A DNA stretch of 64,000 nucleotides from Mobula hypostoma (taxonomy: Eukaryota), in contig NC_086101.1 of NCBI RefSeq assembly GCF_963921235.1, positions 79,794,001 to 79,858,000 on the forward strand, in the 5' to 3' direction. The position numbers were made by a program, and so were the translations under genes. The notes under the pieces are model-generated. The model was given only the letters and a program-made list of their open reading frames with translations. It did no database searches and had not been told where the DNA came from. This document shows positions 50,728 through 63,704 of the stretch, one piece after another (position 1 is the first letter of the stretch; the number at the start of each line of letters is the position of its first letter).

Positions 50728-51688
50728 CATGTTAAAAGGGCAATGTTATGATAGTCATGGAATATTTTAACATGCAGATCGATTGGGAAAATCAGCTTGG
50801 TAATTGATCTCAAGAGAGTGAGTTTGTTGAATGCCTAGGAGATGGTGTTTTAGAGCAGTTTTTTGTTGAGCCTGCTAGGGGATTAGCTATACTGGATTGG
50901 GTGTTATGTAATGAACCGGAGGCGATTAAGTTAAGGTAAAAGAACCCTTAGGAACAGTGATCACAATATGATTGAGTTCAATTTGAAGTTTGATAGAGAG
51001 AAATTAAAGACTGACGTAGCAGTATTTCAATGGAGTAAGGGAAATTACAGTGGTATGAGAGAGAAATTGGCCAAAGTAATTTGGAAGGAGTTGCTGGCAG
51101 CATGACAGCAGAGCAGCAATGGCGTATATTTCTGGGAAGAATGAGGAATGTGCCGGACATGTGTATTCCAAAAATGAAGAAATACTCAAATGGCAAAATA
51201 GTACAACCATGGCTGATGAGGGAAGTCAAAGCTAATGTGGAAACAAAAGAGAGGGCATACAACAAAGCAAAAATTAGTGGGAAGGTAGAGAATTGTGTAG
51301 TTTTTAAAAAACCTACAGGGAGCAACTAAAAGAATCATTAGAAGGGAAAAGATGAAAGATGAAAGCAAGCTAGCAAACAATAAAGTTGACAGTAAAAGCT
51401 TTTTCAAATATATAAAAAATAAAAGAGAGATGAGAGTAGATATAAGATCTCTAGAAAATGAGGCAGGAGAAATAATAATAGGGGACAAGAAGATAGCAGA
51501 TGAACTAACTTGAGTACTTTGCATCAGTCTTCACTGTGGAAGACACCAGCAGTGTGCCAGATGTTGTAGTGTGTGAAGGAAGAGAAGTGGGTGCAGTTAC
51601 TATTACAAGGGAGAAGGTACTCAAAAGCTGAAAGATCTATAAGTACATAAGTCACCCACACCAGATGAACTGCACTCTAGGGTTCTGC

Positions 51689-52100
51689 AAGGTTCAAGAT
51701 TCAGAAAACTTTATTGTCATTTTAACCATCCATCAGCTGTGCAGGGCAGAATGAGACAGCGTTTCTCAGGGGCAGTGCAATCATAACATAACAAACGCAA
51801 CTTTAAATAATGAACCTAACAATATTTAGTAAAACACAACAGCCACATGTCAGTTAAAATCAGTTATAAGTGTCCAGTGCAAGTTAAAAGTGTCCAAAGC
51901 AGAGTCAGATGGAGCAGCTATTTAGCAGTCTGACTGCCTGTGGGAGGAAGCTGTTTAGTAGCCTTGTGGTTTTAGTTTTGATGCTCCTGTAACATTTGCC
52001 TGATGGCAGAAGAACAAACAGTTCATGGAGAGGGTGTGAGGGGTCTTTAATGATGTACCGTGTCTTCTGGAGGCATCGACTCTGAAAGAGGTCTTGGACA
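51689..52100 (-). mobile_element. Rex1-type LINE 3-prime end nested in CR1
   Basis: SVQDLFQSRCLQKTRYIIKDPSHPLHELFVLLPSGKCYRSIKTKTTRLLNSFLPQAVRLLNS. Confidence 0.9.
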
Positions 52101-53685
52101 GAAGGTAGCTTTAGAGATTGTGACGGCATTAGAAATGATCTTTGAAAAATCACTGGACTCTGGCATGGTGCCAAAGGACTGGAAATTTGCAAATGTCACT
52201 CCACTTTTTAAGAAAGGAGGAAGGCAGCAGAAAGGAAATTATAGACCAGTTAGCCTGACCTCAGTGGTTGGGAAGATGTTAGAATCAATTGTTAAAGATG
52301 ACGTAATGGAGTACTTGGTGATACAGGACAAGATAGGACAAAGTCAGCATTGTTTCTTTCAGGTAAAGTCCTGCCCGACGAACCTGTTGAAAGTAGGATA
52401 GATAAAGGATGCAGTGGATGTTGTATATCTGGACTTTCAGAAGGCCTTTGACAAGGTGCCACACATGAGGCTGCCTACCAAGTTAAGAGCCCATGGTATT
52501 ACAGGAAAGTTACTAACATGGCTAGAGCATTGGCTGACTGGAAGAAGGCAGTGAGTGGGAATAAAAGGATCCTTCTCTGGTTGGCTGCCAGCGACTAGTA
52601 GTGTTCCATAGGGGTTGGTGTTGGGACCACTTCGTTTTATGCTGTATATAAATGATTTAGAGGATGAAATAGATAGCTTTGTTGCCAAGTTTGCAGATGA
52701 TATGAAGATTGGTGGAGGGGCAGGTAGTGTTGAAGAAACAGGTAGGATGCAAGAGGGCTTAGACAGATTAGGAGTTTGAGCAAGAAAGTGGCAAATGAAA
52801 TATAATGTTGGAAAATGCATGGTTATGCACTTTGATAGTAGAAATAACTGTGCAAACTATTTTCTAAATGGGAGAAAATCCAAAAATCTGAGATGCAAAG
52901 GGACTTGGGAGTCCTTGTGCAGAACACCCTAAAGGTTAACTAGCAGGTTGAGTCAGTGGTGAGGAAGGCAAATGCAATGTTAGCATTCCTTTCAAGAGGT
53001 CTTGAATACAAGAGCAGAGATGTGATGCTGAGGCTTTATAAGACACTGATGAAGCCTCACCTTGAGTATTGAGTAGAGTTTTAGGCTCCTCATCTTAGAA
53101 GAGATGTGATGGAATGGGAAAGGGTCCAGAGGAGGTTCACAAGGATGATTCCAGGAATGAAGGGGTTATCATATGAGGAATGTTTGATGGCTCTGGGTCT
53201 GTACTCACTGGAATTTAGAAGGTGTGGGGATCTCATTGAAATCTTTCGAATGTTGAAAGACCTAGACAGAGTAGGTGTGGAAAGGATGCTTCCCATGGTG
53301 GGAGGGTCTAGAACAAGAGGGCACAGCCTCAGGATAGAGGAGGCGTCTATTCAAAACAGAGATGCAGAGAAATTTCTTGTCATGGTCCAGTCCAAAGTCC
53401 ATATTCCAGTTCACGGCCTGGTCCGTGGGTGTTCCGGCTGTTTCGGTTGGACTTAACCATAAGCACCTGATGCTCATCTTGGGGCTGGGAATATAAGTGG
53501 CCCTGGAATCAGGTGGGGTTGCTGGGTTGTCTTGTCATTCTCCCCTTGCAGCAACCAACCAGTGGAAGGCTAGTGCAGTCATCGAGATATGGATTTGGCT
53601 GCTCCATAGCCTGCCAAGGTTACTGGCTGCCTCGAGGCTTGGAGCCACACCGGACCTAGCTCCCTTCCTGTCCTTTACCTCTGTC

Positions 53686-53945
53686 GGGTAAGCCAGGTTG
53701 TTTGCTGTTACCCTGCGGTAGGTTCTGTCCCTTCCTGTCCCTTGCCTCTGTTGGGTAAGCCAGGATGTTTGCTGTTACCCTGCGGTTGGTTCTGTCCTTT
53801 CCTGTCCCTTGCCTCCGTCGTGTAAGTCAAGCTGTTTGCTATTACCCTGTGGTTGGTTCTGTCCCTTGCCTCCGTTGGGTAAGCCAGGCCGTTTGCTGTT
53901 ACCCTGCGGTTGGGCCTATTCCTCTCTGTCCTTGCCTCTGTGGGG
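53686..53945. repeat. Four tandem units of about 57-67 bp
   Basis: GGGTAAGCCAGG..GTTTGCTGTTACCCTGCGG..CCCTTGCCTC repeated four times. Confidence 0.9.
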
Positions 53946-54028
53946 TGGAGTCCCGCGTCCTGCCCAGGAGTCCCCTCGAAGTACCCTTGCCCTGTCATGT
54001 CCTCGTCTAGCCTCGAAGAACCTGGTCG

Positions 54029-54403
54029 CCTGGTCTCCAGGAACCCAAATCTCGCCACGTCTTCGCCTGGTCTCCAGGAACCCAAGCCTCGCCACGTCTT
54101 CGCCTGGTCTCCAGGGACCCAAGCCTCGCCACGTCTTCGCCTGATCTCCAGGGACCCAAGCCTCGCCACGTCTTCGCCTGGTCTCCAGGGACGCAAGCCT
54201 CGCCACGTCTTCGCCTGGTCTCCAGGGACCCAAGCCTCGTCACGTCTTCGCCTGGTCTCCAGGGACCCAAGCCTTGCCACGTCTTCGCCTGGTCTCCAGG
54301 AACCCAAGCCTTGCCACGTCTTCGCCTGATCTCCAGGGACCCAAGCCTTGCCACGTCTTCGCCTGGTCTCCAGGAACCCAAGCCTCGCCACGTCTTCGCC
54401 TGG
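54029..54403. repeat. 37-bp minisatellite, 10 full copies
   Basis: CCTGGTCTCCAGGRACCCAAGCCTCGCCACGTCTTCG x10 in exact register. Confidence 0.98.
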
Positions 54404-55632
54404 GAAGGCCGGGAAATAGGATTGAGGAGGAGAAATAAAAGGATCAGCCATGATTGAATATGGAGCAGACTCGATAGGCCAAATGGCCTAATTCTGCTCC
54501 TATGTCTTATGGTTATGGTCTATTCAGGACATTTACGGAGACAGGTGTGTAAAAAGGGCCTGAAGGATCATTGGGGACCCAATTCACTCCAACCACAAGC
54601 TGTTCCAGCTGCTACCATCCAGGAAACGGTACCGTAGAATAAAAACCAGGACCAACAGGCTCCGGGACAGCTTCTTCCACCAGACCATCAGACTGCTTAA
54701 TTCATGCTGACGCAACGGTAAATCTATGTTATATTGATTATCCTGTTGTACATACTATTTATCATAAATTACTATAAATTGCACAATGCACATTTAGACA
54801 GAGATGTAACATAAAGATTTTTACTCCTCATGTATGTGAAGCATGTAAAGTCAGATCAATTCTATTCTATTCTACTCCAATTCAGTTCAATTTTTGTGGC
54901 AAATTGCAGTGGGTCCAGGTCCTTACTTAGGCAGGGGTTGATTCTGGCCAAGACCAACCTCTCAAAGCACTTCATCAGAATAGATTCTGTTTACACAATG
55001 TCTACATCCATCCCACCTCCCCCCCATTGCTGCATTTCTACAAGCCCCTTAAATATCCCTCCTATTTGCCCATGACTGTGCACTCCAGGCACCCAGCACT
55101 GTCTGAATAAATTGTCCTGCACATTCCCTTTGAACTTACCCTCTCTCTCCTTTAATATGCCTTACCACAAGTCCCAAGCCAAACATTGCTGCTTTTATGT
55201 CAAAGGTGCTTTTCTGTCAAGATTACAAATGATCATCAGGAGCCGGAAACATTGATACTTTTTCCCTCTTACTCTCAGGCAGGAGCATAACGCTGGATTT
55301 AGTATTTCGAAGCTGTCCTAATTTAAGACCGTCTATCATGGGCTGCTTTATATCAGTATCAAAGAAATTATTTTATTTTCATTGCCTATGCAACCCCAAT
55401 GTAAACAAATTGAAGTTACCAAATTTAACCATAGGTAAGGCCAGTTGAAAGACTTTTTTTGCATCCTCATTGCTACCCATGTAATTTTTGTGTCATCATA
55501 AAACCTGGAATTATTACATTTGATCCTCTCAGTCAAATTGTTATTAAAGATTTTGAATATTTAGTGCTCAAGCACTGATCCCTGTGATGATGTATTAATC
55601 ACAGCCTGCCAGTGTGAAAAGGGCACATTTAT

Positions 55633-57490
55633 TAAGAATTAGGTTTAATATTGCTGCAATATGTTGTGAAAATTGTTGTTATGTGGCAGCAGTTCATTAC
55701 AATACATCATTTTAAACACTGTAAATTACAGTAAGAAGCATACATATATTTTCAAAGTTAAATTAAATAAGTAGTACAAAAAGAGAAAAAAATTAGTGAG
55801 GTCATGTTCATGGGTTCAATGTCCATTCAGAAATCTGATGGCAGAAGGGAGGAATCATTGAACATGTGCCTTCAGGCTCCTGTAACTCCACCCTGATGGT
55901 AGCAATAAGAAGAGGGTAAGTCCCGGGTAATTGAATTAACTTTATTACTTACATCCTTCACATAAATGAGGAGTAAAAATCTTTACATTACGTCTCCGTC
56001 TAAATGTGCATTGTGCAATTTATAGTAATTTATGATAAGTAGTATGTACAACAGGATAGTCAATATAACATAGATTTACAGTTGCGTCAGCATGAATTAA
56101 GCAGTCTGATGGTCTGGTGGAAGAAGTTGGCCCGGAGCCTGTTGGTCCTGGTTTTTATGTTGTGGTACCATTTCCCAGATGGTACAGTTGGAACAGTTTG
56201 TGGTTGGGGTGACTCAGGTCCCCAATGATCCTTCGGGCCCTTTTTACACACCTGTCTTTGTAAATGTCCTGAATAGTGGGAAGTTTACATCTACAGATGT
56301 GCTGGGCTGTCCGCATCACTTTCTGTAGAGTCCTGCGATTAAGGGAGGTACAATTTCCATAGCGGGCAGTGATGCAGCCAGTCAGGATGCTCTTAATTAT
56401 GCCCCTGTAGAAAGTTCTTAGGATTTAGGGGCCCATACCAAACTTCCTCAGCCGACTGTGGTGAAAGAGGCGCTGTTGTGCCTTTTTCATCACACAGCCA
56501 ATATGTACAGACCACATGAGATCCTTGATGATGTGTATGCCAAGGAACTTAAAGCTGTTCACCCTCTCAACTCCAGATACATTGATGTCAATAGGGGTGA
56601 GCCTGCCTCCATTCCTCCTTTAGTCCACAACCAGCTCCTTTGTCTTTGCGACATTGAGGGAGAGATTGTTTTCTTGACACCACTATGTCAAGGTGATGAC
56701 TTCTTCTCTGTAGGCTGAGATTAGGCCAATAGTGTACCATCGTTAGCAAATTTAACTAGCAGATTGGAGCTGTGGGTGGTGATACAATCATGGGTATACA
56801 GCGAATAAAGGAAGGGGCTTAGGACACAGCCCTCGGGGGCTCCTCTGTTGAGGGTCAGAGGGGCAGAGGTGAGGAAGCCCACTCTTACCATCTGCTAGCG
56901 ATCTGACAGGAAGTCCAGGATCCAGGTGAAGGATGAGATTGAGCTTCTTGTCAAGCCTGGAGGGAATTATGGTGTTGAATACTGAACTGTAGTCCAGGAA
57001 AAGCATTCTCACATAAGCATCCTTTTTCTCCAGATGTGTAAGGACAGTGTATAGAGCTGTGGCTATTGCGTCATCTGTCGATTGGTCCTTAATGATGGAT
57101 GCTGCCTTTTCGACACTTTGCTCCTTGAAGATGTCCTGGATGCTGGGGAGCCTAGTGCCCATGATGGAGCTGGCTGAGTTTACAACTTTCTGCAGCTTAT
57201 TTTGCTCCTGTGCAGTGCCCCCTCATACCAGATGGTGATGCAGCCAGTTAGAATGCTCTGTATGGTACATCTGTAGGACTTTACAAGTGTCATTGGTGTC
57301 ATACAAAATCTCCTCAGATTCAAAATGAAACATAGTCACTGTCATGCCTTATTTGTAGCTGCATCGATACGTTGGGTCCAGTATACATCCTTAGAGATGT
57401 TGACACGCAGGAACTTGAAACTGCTCGCTCTTTCCACTGCTGATCCCTCCTTGAGGACTGTGTGTGTCCCCTCATTTAACCCCTTCTGAA
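55633..57490 (-). mobile_element. Older Rex1-type fragment containing a younger Rex1 copy (55931-57080)
   Basis: Younger copy has [38 protein letters not shown] and a tail matching 17135-17900. The host resumes at 57081 (KAASIIKD). Confidence 0.88.
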
Positions 57491-58059
57491 CAGACTTCTG
57501 ATGGCACCATTAAGAAGGCAACCCTTGCAAGCAGCTCCGATGGAAATCATCTAATATTTATTCCTACTATTTGTTTACTATTAATTAACCAACACGTGGC
57601 AAATATGTATGTTGCCCTCAATTTTGTGTGTTCTGACCTTTTTCTAAAGTTTGTCTCGTATGAACGATTGTACCAAACGTTCCACTAACATCAGACCAAA
57701 CACATGAATATGTTAAAGAACTAATGATTTTTTACAAAAGGATTTCTTCGGGACGCCACAAATTGCTAATTAGAATCTTAATTGCATTTTAGCAACCTTT
57801 GTTTTTTGTGTTAATTTATCCTAATTTTCAACAGATACGTTAAACAGAGTATATAAAAATAGCTGAACATTTAACTGAATGGAACGCGTGAACAGAAAAT
57901 TGTACAACGTGTCATTTAAAACCGACAAGTTGTTCGCAAGGTAACATGGCATTGAAAATTATTGGCATCCAGTTGGGTAAGTTAATCAGCTGCACGCTGC
58001 AGTCTGAATACAAGAAGTCAGGTGCTATTAAAATGGCCTTCCACAATAATACAAACTTT

Positions 58060-59005
58060 TAATTCTGACTGGTTGCATCAGTGTATGGTATGGATACAAC
58101 AATGCGCAGGATCGAGGATATTACAGAGGCTGTAGACTCAGCCAGTTCCATCATGGGCCCTACCCTAGCCTCTCTGCCATCAAGGACATCTGTAATAGGC
58201 AATTTCTCAAGAAAGCTGCATCCATCATGAAGGACCCTCGCAATCAGATGGCTGAAGACGCACGCTCAAAGTTCAAAGGAAATTTATTATCTAAGTACAT
58301 ATATGTGACTATATACAATCTTGAGATTCATTTTCTTGTGAGCATACTCAATAAATCCGTTGAATAATCACCATAACATAAACAATGAAAGACCACACCA
58401 ACATGGCATCCAACCACTGTGCAAAAGACAACAAACTGTGCAAATCAATAAATAAATAGTACATGTTGAGAATATGAGATGAAGAGCCCTCGAAAGTGAG
58501 TCTACAGGTTGTGGGAACATTTCAGTAATGCGGCAAGTGACGTTGAGTGAAGTTATCCCCTTTGGTCCTGTTTTGTCCAAGAGCCCGTTGGCTGGGCGTC
58601 ATAACTGTTCCCGAACCTGATGTTGTGAGTTCTGAGGCTCCTGTACCTTCTTCCTGATGGTAGCAGTGAGAAGAGAGCATGGCCTGTGTTGTGGGGGTCC
58701 CCGATGATGGACTCTGCTTTCCTGCAACAACGTTTCATGTAGATATGCTCAGTGGTGGGGAGAGCTTGACCCGTGATGGACTGTAATGTCATAGGAACAG
58801 ATTCTTCCCCTCCACCATCAGAGTTCTGTATTGTGCATGAACCCATGAACATTATCTCACATTTTGATCTCTTTGCACCGCTTATTTTTAAATAATTCTT
58901 ATTGTAACTTACAGTAATTTTTTATGTATTGCGGTGTACTGCTGCCGAAAGACAACATACTTCACAACACATGCCAGTGATAATGAACCTGATCCTGATT
59001 CTAAT
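58060..59005. mobile_element. Cluster of Rex1-type 3-prime fragments in both orientations
   Basis: Plus 58060-58240 and 58800-59005; minus 58268-58790 (ALPTTEHIYMKRCCRKAESIIGDPHNTGHALFSLLPSGRRYRSL). Confidence 0.75.
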
Positions 59006-59269
59006 CCCTTCATTTTGTGTGGCAATGCAGAGCATTCACAGGAACACAGGTAATCTAGCTGGAGCACAGAGGAGGAAGGCCAAGATGGAGAGATTGGTAT
59101 GGATCTCATTCCAGAGGTCAGAGGAACAAATCAGAGATCTGTGATTGGTGGAGGGGAATCTATTATTGGTGTTAGGGGGTTATTGATCACTACATGGTCA
59201 CTACAACTGATAGTTCGGGTTGGATAGAGTGACTCACGAGCCTGTGATTGGTTGTTGGTGAGTGAATAC

Positions 59270-59530
59270 AAAAACGGAGCCTTCAGCCCACAAAGTCTGC
59301 GCCAACCTTATGCCAATCCAAATATGTTCCCTCTGCCTGCCCATGGTTTATATCCTGCATTTCTTGCCTGTTCATGTGCCTATCTAAATCCCTCCTTAAT
59401 GTCGCCATTACATTTGCTTTTGCCATTCCTCTTGGCTGCGCATTCCAGGCAGCCACCACTCTCTGTGTGTAAAAAAAAATCTTACCATGTAAATCTCCTT
59501 TAAACTTAAATGCACTCAGGTCTTTGGCAT
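59270..59530 (-). mobile_element. CR1 3-prime end, decayed
   Basis: FKGDLHGKIFFYTQRVVAAWN...RRDLDRHM. Confidence 0.8.
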
Positions 59531-60474
59531 CGTAAACATCGCCTATCAGAGGCACACTTCATAGCCAGGTGCACAGCTAGCAGCAGAAACAGATTCATAA
59601 TGAGAAGTGCCAATTTACATTTTCAGAGTGATTCAGTTTGTCCTAAAAATCATAATCACTTACTGCTCCAGAAAAAAAAAAGCCACCATCATACTCATGG
59701 CACTGAAAAGAGAAGTGCTACATGATTAAATTGAGAGGCCCATAGATATGAAGCAGAATTGCTGAACGTCAATTGTTAAAGCTAACAATGGTAGATAGCG
59801 TTAGAGTTATATCACTAGAAATATAATAAAAGTTATGATAGTTATTTTGGAGCTGGTTAGTGATTTTTGTTTAATTATTACAAAGAACAAATTGCAATAA
59901 ATATTTGAAAGATTTACTGATTATATAGCCTTATGGTTTTTAAATTGTTAGTGTGGTTTTATTTTCAGCAGTTATGTTCCATATAGTCACACAATCTATC
60001 TATCTGTTTGTTTATTTGTTTATTTATTTATTATTCTCTGTTTTATATTTGCACAGTTTGTCTTCCTTTGTAGATTGGTGGCTTGTCAGTCTTAGTGTAC
60101 AGTTTTTCACTGATTCTTTGTTCCCCAGTGAATACCTGCAAGAAAATGAACCTCAGGGTAGTATATGGTGACATATACATACTTTCATAATAAGTTTACT
60201 TTGAACTCCAAAATTTTGAAAAGGAAGCAAAATAGTGAGATGGTGTTCATGGACCATTCAGGAATCCGATGGAGGAGGGGAGGAAGCTGCTACCCTTACA
60301 CTGAAGTGTACACATCAGTGAAATTATATCAATCAGACTTTTAATTACTACTACAATGTAGGCCTAGCTGAAAAGGAAGCATTATTCTAGCATTCCAGAA
60401 ATTTTAAAAGAATCCCAAAGTGAATTTCTGTTGCTTAACTTGAAAGTGAGCTGGTATTTTGCTCATTCTTAGAG

Positions 60475-60990
60475 ATTCTGACATTCTGATTGGCTGCATC
60501 ACCATCCGATCTGGGGCTGGGGGGGGGGGGGCTACTGCATAGCACTGAAGTTTGCTGCAGAGAGATGTAAAATTAGTCAGCTCCATCATTGGTACTAGCC
60601 TCCGTAGTAACCAAGACATCTTCAAGGAGCGGTGTCTCAGAAAGGTGGTGTCTATCAGTAAGGACCTCCACCACCCAGGACATGCCCTGATCTCACTGTT
60701 ACCATCAAGAAGGAGGCACAAAGCCTGAAGACACACACTCAACGATCCAGGAACAGTTTCTGCTCCTCTGCCATCGGACGTCTAAATGGACATTGAGCCC
60801 ATGAACACTACCTTAAAATTTCTGTTTTTGCACTACTTATTTAATTTAGATACTTAATATACATATATATACTTACTGTAATTCATATTTTTCAATCTAT
60901 ATTTATCATGTATTGCATTGTGCTGGTGCTGCTAAGTCAACAAATTTCATGACATATGCCAATGATATTCAACCTGATTCTGACTCTGAA
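60475..60990 (+). mobile_element. Rex1-type LINE 3-prime end
   Basis: ILIGCITI.. and KDLHHPGHAL.SLLPSRRR; tail CCTGATTCTGACTCTGA. Confidence 0.8.
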
Positions 60991-61474
60991 AGCAACCTCT
61001 GAGACAAATTTCTGGCGTGAGGCAGGCTTTTAGAATTCCCCTGTATTACCAATATTTTTGTGCTTCGCATAATAGCTTTTTCTAATTGTGTTTTTTTGCT
61101 GTAACCCTTTGGAGATCTTAGAGAAAAAACTGAAAACGCTGGGAAATTTATATAGGAATTGCAATGTGTGAATCACTTGTGTCTGATTGACCCAGTGCAG
61201 GCTGTACATAATACAACTATTTCAGCTCACTCTCAAGATAGTTAGTGTGAAACCAGCAGCCACTGTTCTGTTATTATTTCCATTAGCACTTATCCATTGG
61301 GTGTCATTTTGCGAATAGCTTGCACCATATAAGACTGTTGTTTATTGAATCCACATCTGTAGCTTTAAAGGGGAGTGGGTATTCATTGTTCCAAAAACAG
61401 CTAGAAGTTTTGACATAGGTTTAAAGAGTAAAAATGAAAAAAGGTTAGAGAACAGCCAGCTTAATATTTCAACA

Positions 61475-61760
61475 CCACTGTGACCTTATCATATCTTACA
61501 AACATTCCGAGGGGTAAATACGAGCAGGCGTTTCCCACTTAAGTTCGGTGAGACTAGAGCTGGAGGTCACAGGTTAAGAGTGAAAGGTCAAATATTTAAT
61601 AGGGACCGGAGGGAGAACGTCTTCACTCAGAGGGTCATGAGAGTGTGGAATGAGCTGCCAGTATAAGTGGTGGATGTGGGATCAACTGCAACGTTTAAGA
61701 GAAGCTTGGATAAATACATGGATGGGAGAGGTATGGGGGGCAATTGCCAGGTGCAGGTCC
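61475..61760 (+). mobile_element. CR1 3-prime fragment
   Basis: TRAGGHRLRVKG..FFTQRVMRVWNELP. Confidence 0.75.
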
Positions 61761-61889
61761 TCTCAGCCCAGGGGCCTTGGAAGCCATTGATGTTGCTGAC
61801 GACAGGATGTCATGGATGAAAGAAAGAAGAAAAGAAAAAAAAGGAAATAGTCCATCCTGATGTATTTCAAATCATAATCTGCAGATGAC

Positions 61890-62258
61890 TCACACTATCA
61901 GGTTCATAAATAGTTATTATCCCTCAACCATCAGGCTCTTGAAGCAAAGGGGATAACTTCATTCACCCTGCCTTGAAATGTTCCCATAACCTATGGACTC
62001 ACTTTTAAGGACTCTTCATCTTGTGTTCTTGATATTTATTGCTTATTTATTTATTATTATTATTATTTCTTTCTTTTTGTATTTGCACTGTTTATTGTCT
62101 TTTGCACATTGGTTGAATGCCCAAATTGGCGTGGCCTTTCATTGGTTATGGTTATTATTCCATAGTGTATTTATTGAGTATGCCCACGAGAAAATGATGT
62201 CGGGGTTGTATATGGTGACATATATGTACTTTGGAAATAAATTTACTTTGAACTTTGA
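61890..62258 (+). mobile_element. Rex1-type 3-prime UTR
   Basis: Homologous to 4660-5015; tail AATAAATTTACTTTGAACTTTGAAC. Confidence 0.8.
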
Positions 62259-62319
62259 ACGAAGCACTCTGAGTGCTCAAGAAAGCTGAATGATTTCTCA
62301 CAAATTCAAAGTTAGGGAA

Positions 62320-63490
62320 GCCATGGTAGTGTGGCGGTTAGCACGATGCTATTACAGCGCGGATATTCTGGCGTTCAGAGTTCAATTCCAGTGCCATTCT
62401 ATAAGGGGTCTGTGTACATCTTCCCCTGGGTGATCCAGGCTCCCACCACTGTCCAAAGACATACTGGGTAGGTGATTTTTCCCCGTGACCAGGTTAGGGT
62501 TAATCAGAGTTGTGGGGTTGCTGGCTCAATGGGCTGGAACGGCCTACTCCATACTGTATCACAAAATAACTAAAATAAAATCAACAAATTCCATCTCCAA
62601 AAATCAGCTCAAACTCTGTTCCGCCCTTGTTGTTCACCTAACAACAAACTTTTCAGATTATGATTAAAGTCCAATATTTATGTCCCCATGACACCTGCAT
62701 ATGTTTCTCACTTTTGCAGCACTCACACCCATACTGCACAGTTTAAACACACAGGCCTATCTTTCTAACCATGCCAGGAACACCCACATTGTTGGGCACA
62801 CTCCAGCCATGGGTGTTCACCTCCTCATGCAGGTGAAAGTAACACATACTTAACACTAGTGGATTGACAAGGGCCGGGCCCACATCTGGCTTTATCAATG
62901 TCCTATTTAAAGCAGTTACAAAATCATTCGTGACATGGTAATTAGCTCAGCCGCCTAATAGTTCAGCAGACCTGGATTCATTCCTGACCTTGGGTGCTTT
63001 TGGTGTGGAATTTGTACACTCCACCCTTAATCTCAAGGCTTTCTCCCAAGAACTCTGGTCTCCTCACACATCCCAAAGACTTGCTGGCCATTTAACCAAC
63101 TGTTAAGTGGCAAAAGAATCTAATGGGCTAATGAATATGTGAGTTTGCAGAGATACAGTGATAGAAGCCATGGGAGAATGAGACTGATGGTATAGTTGGT
63201 GGGGCAGCCAACAGACCAGGATCAGCTATGACCTTCAGTGCCATGTGTGAGGTGGTTGAACAATCCCCCTTGACTGGTTTCTCTCAGGTCTCCAGATCCT
63301 CCCACAGCTCACACTCGTGTAGGTTGGTAGGCTAATTGCTGTGGTAAATTGCCCTTAGTGTGTATGTGAGTGATAAAATCAGGGGAACTTGATGGGAAAG
63401 TGGAGAGAATATTTTATGGGAAAATTAGGTGGGATTACTTTGTAAAATAGTTTTGGTTCAGTGGGCTGACATGGCCTCTTTCAATGTCAA
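62320..63490 (+). mobile_element. Cluster of decayed V-SINEs (about 62320-62580, 62930-63200, 63270-63490)
   Basis: tRNA-like heads (GGTAGTGTGGCGGTTAGC..GTTCAATTCC) and degenerate V-domains. Confidence 0.6.
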
Positions 63491-63704
63491 AGAGGTAATA
63501 TGGATATCTCAAACCATTGATGACTAGTGTCAAGAACTCCAACATCAAGCCCAGGTCATATTGGTCTGGTGAGAAGCTCGGTTGCTTTTGCTGTGGCAAT
63601 CACTCAACACAGGTATACCAGTTCTAACAGATATAATACTTATAAGAGGCAAGAGTACACAGTTGCTGTATACAAATCTGAACAGAGTCAATGAAGCCTG
63701 CCAC

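Larger units (their letters stand above)
53378..54403 (+). mobile_element. LTR-like element with internal minisatellites, right end deleted
   Basis: Starts TGTCATGG inside CR1, has TATAAG at about 53492 and two tandem arrays; CR1 resumes with a segment missing. Confidence 0.55.
50071..54519 (+). mobile_element. CR1 LINE ORF2 (APE+RT), decayed, carrying three nested insertions
   Basis: YDVVAITESWL, KGNYRPVSLTSVVGK, DFQKAFDKVPH, KFADD; TSD-like CTCTTCAGG/CTATTCAGG. Confidence 0.93.
49835..54872 (+). mobile_element. Rex1-type LINE fragment split by a CR1
   Basis: 49835-50070 (FYRITIESILTSCITAWYG..ELPT) resumes at 54520 (IQDIY.DRC); same subfamily as 17135-17900. Confidence 0.9.

Noticed and set aside
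54029-54403. CRISPR-like 37-bp repeats
   Set aside because: Units are contiguous with no unique spacers, there are no cas genes, and the context is vertebrate. It is a minisatellite.
53708-54451. 247-aa and overlapping repetitive ORFs
   Set aside because: A stop-poor 37-bp unit cycling through frames explains open frames on both strands.
56788-57162. 124-aa ORF
   Set aside because: Spans the junction of two nested Rex1 fragments.
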